Below, one piece after another: positions 39,151 through 48,324 of a stretch of DNA of 64,000 bases. Position 1 is the first letter of the stretch. Each line of letters starts with the position of its first letter. The notes under the pieces are model-generated. The model did not search any database. It worked only from the letters and a program-made list of their open reading frames with translations, and was not told the DNA's origin. Both the position numbers and the translations under genes were made by a program. The stretch lies in assembly GCA_963716255.1 (NCBI GenBank), contig OY970303.1, forward strand, positions 6,016,001 through 6,080,000. The letters run 5' to 3'. The stretch is from an uncultured Gemmatimonadales bacterium (lineage in GTDB: Bacteria; Gemmatimonadota; Gemmatimonadetes; Longimicrobiales; Longimicrobiaceae).

Positions 39151-39926
39151 TGGGCGCGCCGGAGGGGGCGCGCGTCGTCGCGGAAACGGAGTCCGGCGGC
39201 GGCGTGCCGCTGTGGACGCACCCCGGGTGGGCGGAGCGCTTCCCCTGGCTGGCGCAGGGGACCACCGGCGCCGGCTCGCCGGAGGCGCCCTTCGACCTGG
39301 GGCTGGCGGGGTCGCAGCCGGTGGGCCCCGCTCTGGACCGCTGGCGGGCCCTGCGCGCCGCCGCGGGCGCGGAAACGGTGGTACACGCGCGCCAGGTGCA
39401 CGCCGCCGACGTGTGGACCCACCGCGAGCGCGGCGCCCCCGGGATCGCCGTGATGGACGGCTACGACGGCCACGCCGCCGCGCAACCCGGGCTGCTGCTC
39501 GCCGTGGGTGTGGCGGACTGCGTCCCCGTGTCGCTGGTGGACCCGGCGACGCGCTCCGTCGCGCTGGTGCACGCCGGCTGGCGCGGCACCGCGGGCGGCA
39601 TCGTGGAGCGCGCCATGGACGTGCTCGCCGCCGACTTCGGCGCGCGGGTGGAGGAGCTGTGGCTGCACTGCGGCCCGGCCATCTGCGGCGAGTGCTACGA
39701 GGTGGGGCCGGAGGTGCACGCCGGGGTCCGTCCGGGGTGCGCGCCGCCGGCTGGACCCGCGCCCATCGACCTGCGCGCCGCCATCTTCGAGCGCGCCGTC
39801 GCGCGGGGAGCTCTCGCGGATCGGGTCACGGTTTCGGCGCACTGCACCCGCTGTGGCCCGGGGAGCTTTTTCTCCCACCGCGGAGGTTCCCGCGCCCGCC
39901 AGATGGGGGTTCTCGGGATTCGTTGA
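39150..39926 (+). CDS. pgeF: PgeF/YfiH (laccase-domain, purine nucleoside phosphorylase-like) protein
   Basis: QVHA, ADCVPV, HAGWRG, GPAICGECYEVG, CTRC..FFSHR. Confidence 0.92.
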   Translation: MGAPEGARVVAETESGGGVPLWTHPGWAERFPWLAQGTTGAGSPEAPFDLGLAGSQPVGPALDRWRALRAAAGAETVVHARQVHAADVWTHRERGAPGIAVMDGYDGHAAAQPGLLLAVGVADCVPVSLVDPATRSVALVHAGWRGTAGGIVERAMDVLAADFGARVEELWLHCGPAICGECYEVGPEVHAGVRPGCAPPAGPAPIDLRAAIFERAVARGALADRVTVSAHCTRCGPGSFFSHRGGSRARQMGVLGIR

Positions 39927-39937
39927 TTCGACTGCGG

Positions 39938-39974
39938 GTTCGGGCGTGCCCCCGGCTGGCGCCGGGGTCGGGCT
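39938..39974 (-). repeat. Structured repeat family A, partial copy 5
   Basis: GTTCGGGCGTGCCCCCGGCTGGCGCCGGGGTCGGGCT, identical to the start of copy 3. Confidence 0.8.
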
Positions 39975-40135
39975 GCGGTGTGGGGCGGGACGGCGAAGCG
40001 CCGCCGCGGCAGGGAGCTTCGGCGGCGCTTCGGATTAACGGGGCCGGTCGAAATGTGCCATCAGCTTCCACGCCGCCGGCCAGGATTAGCCCAGCCATCC
40101 CTAAGAGTTGGACTGCCGCGACGCTCTTATCCGAA

Positions 40136-41605
40136 TTAGTTCAACCGGTCGGATACTTTCTGAAATCTCTCGAGTGCAGTCAACAAGTTCGCGGTGATCT
40201 GCGTGGCGAGTGCCTGGGGCGATGGGAGAGCTTCACCCGCGGCCTTTGCTTCTTCGGACCTCAGCCAAGTCAGATCGGTGCCACCATGGTCTCCCCTGAG
40301 CAGAGCGTCCCACTCAAACCTCCTCCATCTGCCTTGCGGGTTCTTTTGGGTCCAAGTAGGCCGACGCCGGTCCATCGCCTTTGGGTTGTAGCAGGCGACA
40401 AATTCGTCGAAATCAGATCGCTGGATCGGCCGCTTGCGGAGTGTGAAGTGCTTGGCCTCCCGGAGATCGTACACCCACAGGCCAGCCTCGCGGCCCACAG
40501 GATTCCGGTTGAAGAACAGCACATTTGCCTTCACGCCTGCGGCGTAGAAGATCCCAGGCGGGAGCCGCAGCAGGGTGTGCACGTAGCAGTCCTCGAATAG
40601 TTTTCTGCGCACTATCTCACCGCCGCCCCCCTCGGTAAGTACTGTGTCCGGGAGGACGATCGCGCAGCGACCATCGGGCTGCAGAAGCGTCAGAACGTGT
40701 TGGATGAAGTTGAGCTGCTTGTTGGCAGTGGTCACCCAAAAATCAGGTCTCCTCTCCCCGGCTGCTAAGTCTCCCTGGTCGTCTCCACCCGCGACGCTCC
40801 CCTTCTTGCCGAATGGCGGGTTCGTGAGCACGACCCTGAAGCGGCGGTCTGATGGGGTAGCCAGTGCATCCACGCCCGCCCGGATTGGGGACGGATCCGC
40901 GTTCACGCCGTGGAGGTAGAGGTTCATAATGCAGAGCCGTGCGGTGTTTGGCACCAACTCCCACCCGTGGACGAAGTCGCGGGCCAGGTGCTCGCGCTCC
41001 TTATGGGTGGCGCGCGGTCCTACCTCCCCGGTTGCGAACCGATGTGCGGCAAGCAGGAACCCGCCTGTCCCGGCAGCCGGGTCACACACCGTATCCTTCA
41101 CCGTGGGTTGTACGCAGTCGACAATGGCTTGGATGAGCGCACGTGGAGTGAAGTACTGCCCTGCTCCGCGAGGCGACTCGGAGGCGGTCCGAGCGAGAAG
41201 CCCCTCATAAATATCCCCGGATACGTCAGCGTCCATCGCGGTCCATGTCTCCGAGCCGATTAGGTCCACGATGAGCCGGCGCAGCGTCCGAGGATTCTCA
41301 ATCTCGGGGCGTGGCTTTCTGAAGATGTCACCGAGCATGCCTGGCTGGTGGCTTAACCGATCGAGGACCGCGTCATAATGCTCCTTCAATTCCGCGCCGG
41401 TCTTTTCGAGGAGACTCCCCCAGCCCCACTCCTGCGGGACAAGAGGTTGTCGGTCAGGATGGCGGGCCGAAACTTCGTCGGCCATTTTCAGGAAAAGTAG
41501 GAACGTAATCTGCTCAATGTACGCGAGATACGACAGGCCCTCGTCCCTCAGGACGTGTGCGAATCCCCACGCCTTGTCTACGATCTGCTTCGTGTCAGTC
41601 TTCAT
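40136..41605 (-). CDS. hsdM: Type I R-M modification subunit (N6-adenine DNA methyltransferase)
   Basis: YIEQITFLLFLKM, GAGQYFTPR, DPAAGTGGFL (motif I), TNPPFG (motif IV). Confidence 0.93.
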   Translation of the reverse strand: MKTDTKQIVDKAWGFAHVLRDEGLSYLAYIEQITFLLFLKMADEVSARHPDRQPLVPQEWGWGSLLEKTGAELKEHYDAVLDRLSHQPGMLGDIFRKPRPEIENPRTLRRLIVDLIGSETWTAMDADVSGDIYEGLLARTASESPRGAGQYFTPRALIQAIVDCVQPTVKDTVCDPAAGTGGFLLAAHRFATGEVGPRATHKEREHLARDFVHGWELVPNTARLCIMNLYLHGVNADPSPIRAGVDALATPSDRRFRVVLTNPPFGKKGSVAGGDDQGDLAAGERRPDFWVTTANKQLNFIQHVLTLLQPDGRCAIVLPDTVLTEGGGGEIVRRKLFEDCYVHTLLRLPPGIFYAAGVKANVLFFNRNPVGREAGLWVYDLREAKHFTLRKRPIQRSDFDEFVACYNPKAMDRRRPTWTQKNPQGRWRRFEWDALLRGDHGGTDLTWLRSEEAKAAGEALPSPQALATQITANLLTALERFQKVSDRLN

Positions 41606-41610
41606 GGGGG

Positions 41611-42507
41611 CTATTCGGCGTCGCCTTCAGATTGCAGGCCCTCGACAGGCATTTCCGCGGGTTCTCGCATCGCCATTCGACGAGCGCCGGGTAGTGGGTT
41701 AATAAGGTGGAGCAGACCCTTCTCCAGCACAGCTTGAGTGGCCGCGCTAGAAAATTCAGCGAAGTGCCCCAAGTAAGGGTCGAGCTCGTCGACCAATTCG
41801 TCGAAAAGCCCCCACTCCTCGTTTGCGGCCGCCTCCAAGATGCGATCGCATAGGATTCCGACCGCGAACATAAGTTCTAAGCGTTTGTAGTTCCATGTGC
41901 CTTCATGCAGGTGGTAGTACCCAATCGAATCGAGGGCACGACGATAGAGCCACTCGTCTTGTTCCTCTGTAAACCGCGGAACGGGTGCGCCGCTGCTTGA
42001 GTCGAAGCAGAGAAGCCGGCAGTCCCCTGCGATCACCGGGTCTAGGAGCACCGGCTCCTCCCGCGCTTCCGTGGCGCGGTCCTTCGCGCGGGTTTCCTCG
42101 TCCCGAAGAGGGAAGTAGCAGCCTTTCCCCGCCATCTTTTCGGTTGAGTGGTCCGGCCGACGCTTATTCACCAGCGGGTGAGCAAGGCGGAGGTTCTTCA
42201 GGTCGAATGCACGCCACCAATATCCCCCGTGCGGGGGCTTTGAACCCCACACCTTCTTCTTCGGCCTGTAGTGCTCCACCTCCCCTTCACCCGCCGCGAG
42301 TCGCACCTCGGAGTACCAGCACTTGCAACCACCGATGATCCATAGGGCGTATCGGAACGCGCTACACGCCTGCGCGTGATCGTTAATGTACTGCCGTCGC
42401 TCTGGATCGTTGCCGATACGCTGGATCTCACCAAGCGCGTCTTGTAGGGCGTCGAGTTGCTCCTGCCGGGCGATTCGGCGGATGTGTCCGAAGTCAATGA
42501 ATCTCAT
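41611..42507 (-). CDS. HNH-type endonuclease (PtuB-like)
   Basis: KCWYSE..GEVEHYRPK..YWWRAFDLKNLRLAHPLVN, KGCYFPL, EEPVLLDP. Confidence 0.8.
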   Translation of the reverse strand: MRFIDFGHIRRIARQEQLDALQDALGEIQRIGNDPERRQYINDHAQACSAFRYALWIIGGCKCWYSEVRLAAGEGEVEHYRPKKKVWGSKPPHGGYWWRAFDLKNLRLAHPLVNKRRPDHSTEKMAGKGCYFPLRDEETRAKDRATEAREEPVLLDPVIAGDCRLLCFDSSSGAPVPRFTEEQDEWLYRRALDSIGYYHLHEGTWNYKRLELMFAVGILCDRILEAAANEEWGLFDELVDELDPYLGHFAEFSSAATQAVLEKGLLHLINPLPGARRMAMREPAEMPVEGLQSEGDAE

Positions 42508-44179
42508 CCGCCCCCCGCCTCTGCAGCAGCCGCGTCGCGATTTTTTTCGCGACTTCCTTCCGCAGCCTCCAATCCGCAGTGTCGGGGGCCGGGACCGCCA
42601 GCTCAGGCTTTTCCTTCTGTGCTTCGGTTATTGCGCGGATGAACTCTAGGTACAGCGGGTCACGAGCGGCACGCGAGAAGTCCAGCTTGCCCAATTCGTG
42701 GTCCAATCGGGTGAGCTCCGAAAGTTCCTCATCGGACTTGTTCTCCTTCAGACCTAGCTCCCGCTTTCGGTCGAGAGCGGCGAGGGTCACGGGGTCAATG
42801 CCGGATCGCAGCCCGAAGAACTCACTGGTTAGGATCGCTTGGAACCCCATTCCGCGCGGTGAGGAGGTCGGGTGACGACTTGTTACCACACTGTTCTCGT
42901 CTTCGAGGAGCACCACTACCTCATCGCTCTCAAGTCCAGCGAACGTGAGTGGGCTGTGCGTGGTCATTATTATCTGGCTGCTGTCCTGCGGCTCAAAGCC
43001 GTACTCACGAAGGTTGCTTAGATAGTCTAGGCACCATGCCGGATTAAGGTGCGTATCGGGTTCGTCCAGCAGAAACAGACCCTCGCGCTGAGCGGTAAAT
43101 CGCATAAGCCCGATGATTGTCAGGAGCTGTTGTTCGCCCTCGCTCAACTCCTGGAACGTCACGGGTTCAGGTTGGTCCCGGATATTTACCCGGATCTGCA
43201 CGTCCTGTCCGTCAGTGCTGACAAGGTCGCTGAAGATTGTGCTCTCCAGACGAGCGAAGAATTCCTTGGACTCCAGTCCCTCAGCGAGCTTGCGCAATGT
43301 GCTCTCGTTCGGAACAAAGCAGTAGCGCATCCCGAACGTCTTCTCCTGGCCCAGGGAGATGCGCCGCTTCCGAGTCCCGGACATCGGCGCAAGCGAATGG
43401 CGGAATAGAGAGTCCAGGAACAGGGCGACCTTGCCGCCTGCGCGCCAAAAGCGCGCATCATCCGGACCTCCCGCGGTGCTTGGACGGTGGGTCTTGCTCC
43501 AGTATGGCTCGTGGAGCGCGAACAGAACCGACTTCAGACCCTCAATCCGGAATTCCTCGCGAAGGAACCGTTTGGCCTTCTCGTCACCCGCAGCGAAAAA
43601 TGAGAACAGGGCGAACTGGCTGTGGTGCGGCTTAGCGAGGAATAGAGGACGGAGCGGCGCCTCCTCTCCGGTGATCTGCTCGCGGTAGTACTTTTCCTCG
43701 TGCCAGGCGAAGGCTTGGTGAAAGCGCTCCGATACACCTGAATAATACCCGAACACGTAGTGGGGTAGCACTCGATCCGGGTTCACTTTCCCTTCGATGT
43801 TCCGGTTGCGCCGAAAGAACTGTGTCTGCGTGACCTTCTTGTACTCACGCGTCGTCGCATTCTCGCTCACCTGTCCATCAGCCTCCGCGATTTCATACGT
43901 ACGTACATACCGCTTCGGATCGTCAGTGGACCGCCGCTCCCGCTCCGTGGCCTCAACCCGGACGTAGTGGTTGTTGCAGTGGTACTCGATCTTATACGCG
44001 AATGTGGCTTCTTCTTCTGAACTCAGTTCTCGGAAGATCCACGCGAGTGCCTCAAGGAGGTTGGACTTGCCAACGCCATTACGGCCGACTACTACCTGGC
44101 GCGAACTCGTGATGTGGAAATCGACGTCGAAATTGCGCAGGTTCTTGTAGTCCTTGAGATAGAGAGCATCTACTCGCAA
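42494..44179 (-). CDS. ABC-superfamily (AAA_21-like, PtuA-like) ATPase
   Basis: Walker A GRNGVGKS, signature LSEGEQQ, Walker B LLDEPDTHLNP, H-loop MTTHSP; TTG start. Confidence 0.92.
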   Translation of the reverse strand: MRVDALYLKDYKNLRNFDVDFHITSSRQVVVGRNGVGKSNLLEALAWIFRELSSEEEATFAYKIEYHCNNHYVRVEATERERRSTDDPKRYVRTYEIAEADGQVSENATTREYKKVTQTQFFRRNRNIEGKVNPDRVLPHYVFGYYSGVSERFHQAFAWHEEKYYREQITGEEAPLRPLFLAKPHHSQFALFSFFAAGDEKAKRFLREEFRIEGLKSVLFALHEPYWSKTHRPSTAGGPDDARFWRAGGKVALFLDSLFRHSLAPMSGTRKRRISLGQEKTFGMRYCFVPNESTLRKLAEGLESKEFFARLESTIFSDLVSTDGQDVQIRVNIRDQPEPVTFQELSEGEQQLLTIIGLMRFTAQREGLFLLDEPDTHLNPAWCLDYLSNLREYGFEPQDSSQIIMTTHSPLTFAGLESDEVVVLLEDENSVVTSRHPTSSPRGMGFQAILTSEFFGLRSGIDPVTLAALDRKRELGLKENKSDEELSELTRLDHELGKLDFSRAARDPLYLEFIRAITEAQKEKPELAVPAPDTADWRLRKEVAKKIATRLLQRRGADEIH

Positions 44180-44182
44180 TGG

Positions 44183-45976
44183 TCACCTCGATTTTAGGTG
44201 TAATAATACGCGTGCACCGTCTGGCCAGTTGAACGCATCGTCACCTCTGGGCTTCTCCTCTACCACCGAATCCCAAACGTCCGAGAGGCGAGCATAGAAC
44301 TCGTCCACCTCGCTAGCGGGGTAGTTCGCCGCGACAAGCAAATCTTCGGGGCTGATCCCGTCCGGGTGCTCCTTCAGGACTTCGAGTAGGGGCCGTCGTT
44401 TAGAGGCCGGCATCCGTTTCACTCGTTTGACAGGGGTTTGCTGCATCTGAGCGGCACGATCCTCTTCGCGCCTGGCGTGCAGCCGAGTCACAAGCGCGGA
44501 GACGGGTTCGTCCTCTTCCCAGGGTTCGGCCAACTCGCCGCGGAAGGCCCGGGCGAGCACCGACTCACGGAGCTGGGCGGCCCTAGCGAGTTCGCGATTG
44601 AGTTCGTGCTTTGTCGCTTTCAGTGCTTCGAGTTGATGCTCTACCTCCTCTACAATCGCGCGCTGCTCAGCCACCGGGGCAAGTGCCACTGGAACACGCG
44701 CGAGGCGCTTCGCACCGAGGTGGTTGATTCCCACGCCACCGGAGAGTGTCGCGAAGACACGATTGAAGTAGCAGTGCTGCAGGAGCACCAGCACATACTC
44801 GCTCTCCACCAGCACGGGCCGCAGCCGGATAACTGTGTTCTGGAAACAGCACACCGGCAGTTCATCCCGCCAGATCGCCGGTTTGCCAACCTGATCCGGA
44901 CTCCCCGAGGCCTCCGACACAATTAAGTCGCCAGCGCGGAGTCGGTACGTCAAGCGCTCCTGCGGCGGGAAGTCCATCTCAAGGACGTCAGACAGGTCTA
45001 ACCCGTCCTCCGTGATGTTTGCGGCGCGAAGGTACGGTGTCGCGTGCGCCTTCGCTCGGTTGGCCGGGTTCTTGGCGCGCCCGAGCCGGACCTCGCACAG
45101 TTGCCCCAGCGTCGCCCAGGTCCACCGCTCCGGGAGGTCCGGGAGGGAGGCAACGTAGGGTTGGGCCGGCTCCTCGTATCCGCTGGTGAGCGCCGGGAGC
45201 AGTGTACCCTGCGCGCCGTCGTGCGTTTCCACGGCGCGTTGCCTGCGCACGCGGAGGATCTCCTCCAGAATGTCCTCAGCGGCCACTCCGCCGGTCGGCG
45301 TCCGTAGAGCACGGCTCAGTTGGCCCGTCACTGCAGCCTGAAGCACGGACGCACGGAACCGCGTGAGGTCCTCGGCCGCGACGCCGAGGGCGGTAACCCC
45401 GCCCTCGATGTCGGCGAGGGAGATCGCAAGGGCTTCCACGATTCGCCCCTGCTCCGCAAGGGGTGGGAGCGGCACGGTGAGCGCGCCGAGTTGAGCGGCC
45501 GAGATGCTGGAGAAGGTTGAGCCGGTGCCTGTGGCAAACAGCTGATTCCTCTGCGAGGCCACATAATGGTTTATATACGGCTGGCACTCGTACGCCCGTA
45601 CAGCGGCCACTCCACGCCCAATGCACGCGCGAAAGTTGGCGACGTTCGTCCTTCCCGTCGTCGACCCGCGAACGCAAACCAGGAGATCCCCCGGCGCGCA
45701 GAATTTGGACGGGCTATCGGTAAACTGTTGTGTGGTAGGATGGTCGAGGGGTCCCGGGCCGAACTCCGTCGGTCCATTGATTAGTGGCTCTCCTCTGCCC
45801 ACCGAGTTGTAAGACGTGCCGGGAGGACTATTCCCCATCACGATCTCAGCGATGTCACCGAGGCGAACCCACTTCCAACCTTGTGGCAGCAGACTCTCGC
45901 CCGTCGGGGCACCACCATCATCACGCCCACCCTTTTCTTTCCCTGCGAACGGATCGTCTCGAGTGCGGGCGCTCAT
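44183..45976 (-). CDS. hsdS: Type I R-M specificity subunit with a C-terminal extension
   Basis: Two TRDs, each with conserved flanks: LPQGWKWVRLGDI..PLPPLAEQGRIV and LPERWTWATLGQL..LAPVAEQRAIV; then SVLARAFRGEL and about 115 extra aa. Confidence 0.9.
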   Translation of the reverse strand: MSARTRDDPFAGKEKGGRDDGGAPTGESLLPQGWKWVRLGDIAEIVMGNSPPGTSYNSVGRGEPLINGPTEFGPGPLDHPTTQQFTDSPSKFCAPGDLLVCVRGSTTGRTNVANFRACIGRGVAAVRAYECQPYINHYVASQRNQLFATGTGSTFSSISAAQLGALTVPLPPLAEQGRIVEALAISLADIEGGVTALGVAAEDLTRFRASVLQAAVTGQLSRALRTPTGGVAAEDILEEILRVRRQRAVETHDGAQGTLLPALTSGYEEPAQPYVASLPDLPERWTWATLGQLCEVRLGRAKNPANRAKAHATPYLRAANITEDGLDLSDVLEMDFPPQERLTYRLRAGDLIVSEASGSPDQVGKPAIWRDELPVCCFQNTVIRLRPVLVESEYVLVLLQHCYFNRVFATLSGGVGINHLGAKRLARVPVALAPVAEQRAIVEEVEHQLEALKATKHELNRELARAAQLRESVLARAFRGELAEPWEEDEPVSALVTRLHARREEDRAAQMQQTPVKRVKRMPASKRRPLLEVLKEHPDGISPEDLLVAANYPASEVDEFYARLSDVWDSVVEEKPRGDDAFNWPDGARVLLHLKSR

Positions 45977-46058
45977 ACCTGTCCGTGAGGATATCGATTT
46001 CGTCTCCAGTGCACTATGGGATGCTCGTCATAGGCACCAACCGAGTTGGTCGAGGATC

Positions 46059-46088
46059 ATTATATTTCCCACGAGGCACTCCTGTCAT
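46059..46088 (-). promoter_or_regulatory. Putative promoter of the hsdS operon
   Basis: Minus strand ATGACA-18 bp-TATAAT. Confidence 0.6.
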
Positions 46089-46119
46089 CGCTACACAGCG
46101 ACGCCAATATGGAGTACTA

Positions 46120-46560
46120 TTATATGCGCCCCGTCGAGCCGAACCCGCCGGTCCCTCGCTCCGTGGCGCCCACCTCCTCCGTTTCCACGATCTCCGGCGT
46201 GGCGAAGCGCGCGAAGACCAGCTGCGCGATCCGCGTTCCCCGCGGGATGGGCACCGCCTCGCTCCCGGCGTTCCACACGATCACCTTGAGCTCGCCGCGG
46301 TAGTCCGGGTCGATGGTGGCCGGCGAGTTGGGCAGGGTGATGCCGTGGCGCAGCGCCAGCCCGGAGCGCGGCCTCACCTGGCACTCCACCCCCTCCGGCA
46401 GCTCCATCGCCAGCCCCGTGGCGACCAGCCGCCGCTCCCCCGCCGCCAGCACGAAGTCCGCCTCCGCCGAGGCCACGTCGAACCCCGCCGAGCCGGCCGT
46501 CTGGCGCGCGGGGAGCGGGAGGTCGGGGTTGTGCGGGAGGCGCTGGAAGCGGACGATCAT
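46120..46560 (-). CDS. dut: dUTP diphosphatase
   Basis: [37 protein letters not shown]. Confidence 0.98.
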   Translation of the reverse strand: MIVRFQRLPHNPDLPLPARQTAGSAGFDVASAEADFVLAAGERRLVATGLAMELPEGVECQVRPRSGLALRHGITLPNSPATIDPDYRGELKVIVWNAGSEAVPIPRGTRIAQLVFARFATPEIVETEEVGATERGTGGFGSTGRI

Positions 46561-46646
46561 GGGGGGAGTGCGAAAGTGCGGGAGTGCGAAAGTGAACGGC
46601 ACGGCATCGCGGTTCGGAGCCGTTCGCCGTTGCCGTTCCCCATAGT

Positions 46647-46794
46647 TCCCGGAATATGTACAGGGGGAGACTCGCCGGCAGTTTGGCGAGGCTCCCCCCG
46701 GCGTAGGGAAACCCGGGGGCAGTTTCCCGGGGTTCCCGGAGCCCGCGGAGGAGACCGGCAGCAGTACCGCCGGGCTCCGCAGCGGCCCCCCGCA
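46647..46794 (-). repeat. Repeat family B, copy 2
   Basis: Three hairpins; reverse complement aligns with 11338-11487 with compensatory changes. Confidence 0.85.
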
Positions 46795-46800
46795 GCGGAA

Positions 46801-47919
46801 CTACGCCGAAAGCACCTGCTCCACCGGCGTGTACTCCAGCCCGAACGCCTCCGCCACGCCCGGGTACACCACCTTGCCGCCCACGATGTTCAGCCCCAGC
46901 AGCAGCGACCGGTCGTCCCTGACCGCCGCCTGCCACCCCTTGTTCGCCAGCCGCATCGCGTACGGGAACGTCGCGTTCGTGAGCGCCAGCGTGGACGTGC
47001 GCGGCACCCCGCCCGGCATGTTGGCCACGCCGTAGTGGATCACGCCGTCGATCTCGTAGATCGGGTTCTCGTGCGTGGTCGGGCGGATCGTCTCCACGCA
47101 GCCGCCCTGGTCCACCGCCACGTCCACGATCACCGAGCCGTTCTTCATCCGCTTCAGGTCCTCGCGCAGCACCAGCTTGGGCGCCTTTGCGCCGGGGAGG
47201 AGCACCGCGCCCACCACCAGGTCCGCCACCTCCAGCTTCTCCAGGATGTTGTGCCGGTTGGAGTAGATCAGCTCCACGTTGGCCGGCATCACGTCCGACA
47301 GGTAGCGCAGGCGGTCCAGCGACAGGTCCATGATGGTGACCCGGGCCCCGAAGCCCGCCGCCATCTTGGCCGCGTTGGTCCCCACCACGCCCCCGCCGAT
47401 GACGAGCACCTGCGCCGGCGCCACGCCCGGGACGCCGCCCAGGAGCATGCCGCGCCCGCCGTAGAACTTCTCCAGGTACTTGGCGCCCGCCTGGATGGAC
47501 ATGCGCCCCGCCACCTCGCTCATGGGCGTCAGCAGCGGCAGCTCGCCGTTGGGGAGCTGAACCGTCTCGTAGGCGATCGCCACCGCGTTGGACTTGATGA
47601 GCGCCTGCGTGAGCGCCTCGTCCGCCGCGAAGTGGAAGTAGGTGAAGAGAACCTGGTTCTCGCGGATCCGCGGGTACTCCACGGCGATGGGCTCCTTCAC
47701 CTTCATGATCATCTCGGCGCGCGCCCACACGTCGTCGACGCTCTCCAGGATCTGCGCCCCGACGGCCGTGTACTCGGCGTCGGTGAAGCCGCTCCCCTCG
47801 CCCGCGCCCTGCTCCACGAACACGGTGTGGCCCGCCTTGACCAGCGACTCCGCGCCCGCCGGCACGAGGGCGATGCGGTTCTCGTTGGTCTTGATCTCCT
47901 TCGGAACGCCGATAAGCAT
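46801..47919 (-). CDS. ald: Alanine dehydrogenase
   Basis: [43 protein letters not shown]. Confidence 0.98.
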   Translation of the reverse strand: MLIGVPKEIKTNENRIALVPAGAESLVKAGHTVFVEQGAGEGSGFTDAEYTAVGAQILESVDDVWARAEMIMKVKEPIAVEYPRIRENQVLFTYFHFAADEALTQALIKSNAVAIAYETVQLPNGELPLLTPMSEVAGRMSIQAGAKYLEKFYGGRGMLLGGVPGVAPAQVLVIGGGVVGTNAAKMAAGFGARVTIMDLSLDRLRYLSDVMPANVELIYSNRHNILEKLEVADLVVGAVLLPGAKAPKLVLREDLKRMKNGSVIVDVAVDQGGCVETIRPTTHENPIYEIDGVIHYGVANMPGGVPRTSTLALTNATFPYAMRLANKGWQAAVRDDRSLLLGLNIVGGKVVYPGVAEAFGLEYTPVEQVLSA

Positions 47920-48058
47920 AGGACTGGTACGCGTCTAGAGATTGAGGGCAGCGTCCGATTCACCCGCTTTCGGACGGACGGGGGACAATATGGCACCTCC
48001 GTCCACGTTGCGCGAGTGCGGCGAGCAGGAGGGATCAGGAACGGCTTTGAAGGGACGG

Positions 48059-48193
48059 GTTCGGGCGTGCCCCCCGGGGGGCGCGGGGGTCGGGCTTCGG
48101 CTCCGTAAGCGAGCAAACCACGCTCGCTAACGGAGTCGAGCCCGCGCAAACAGCCGCGCGGTCTCGACCCTTCGGGCCGAAATCCCTCACGCG
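48059..48193 (-). repeat. Structured repeat family A, copy 4 (inverted)
   Basis: Reverse complement matches the family A core. Confidence 0.9.
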
Positions 48194-48260
48194 GGGTGCG
48201 GCGTGGCGGCAGGGGGCTCGGTGACGGCTTCCGGATTCGCTCCGACCGCCCGGAAACGGG

Positions 48261-48300
48261 AACGGGCGGGCGCGCCCCGGTGGCACGCCCGCCCGTTTTT
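48261..48300. terminator. Hairpin after pnp (possible terminator)
   Basis: AACGGGCGGGCG...CGCCCGCCCGTT followed by T's. Confidence 0.6.
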
Positions 48301-48324
48301 CGCAGCTCCCTTACCGGGGGAGGA

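Noticed and set aside
41611..46119. Retron (type I-A) interpretation of the ATPase+HNH pair
   Set aside because: No reverse transcriptase gene, and no msr-msd region with long inverted repeats is evident.
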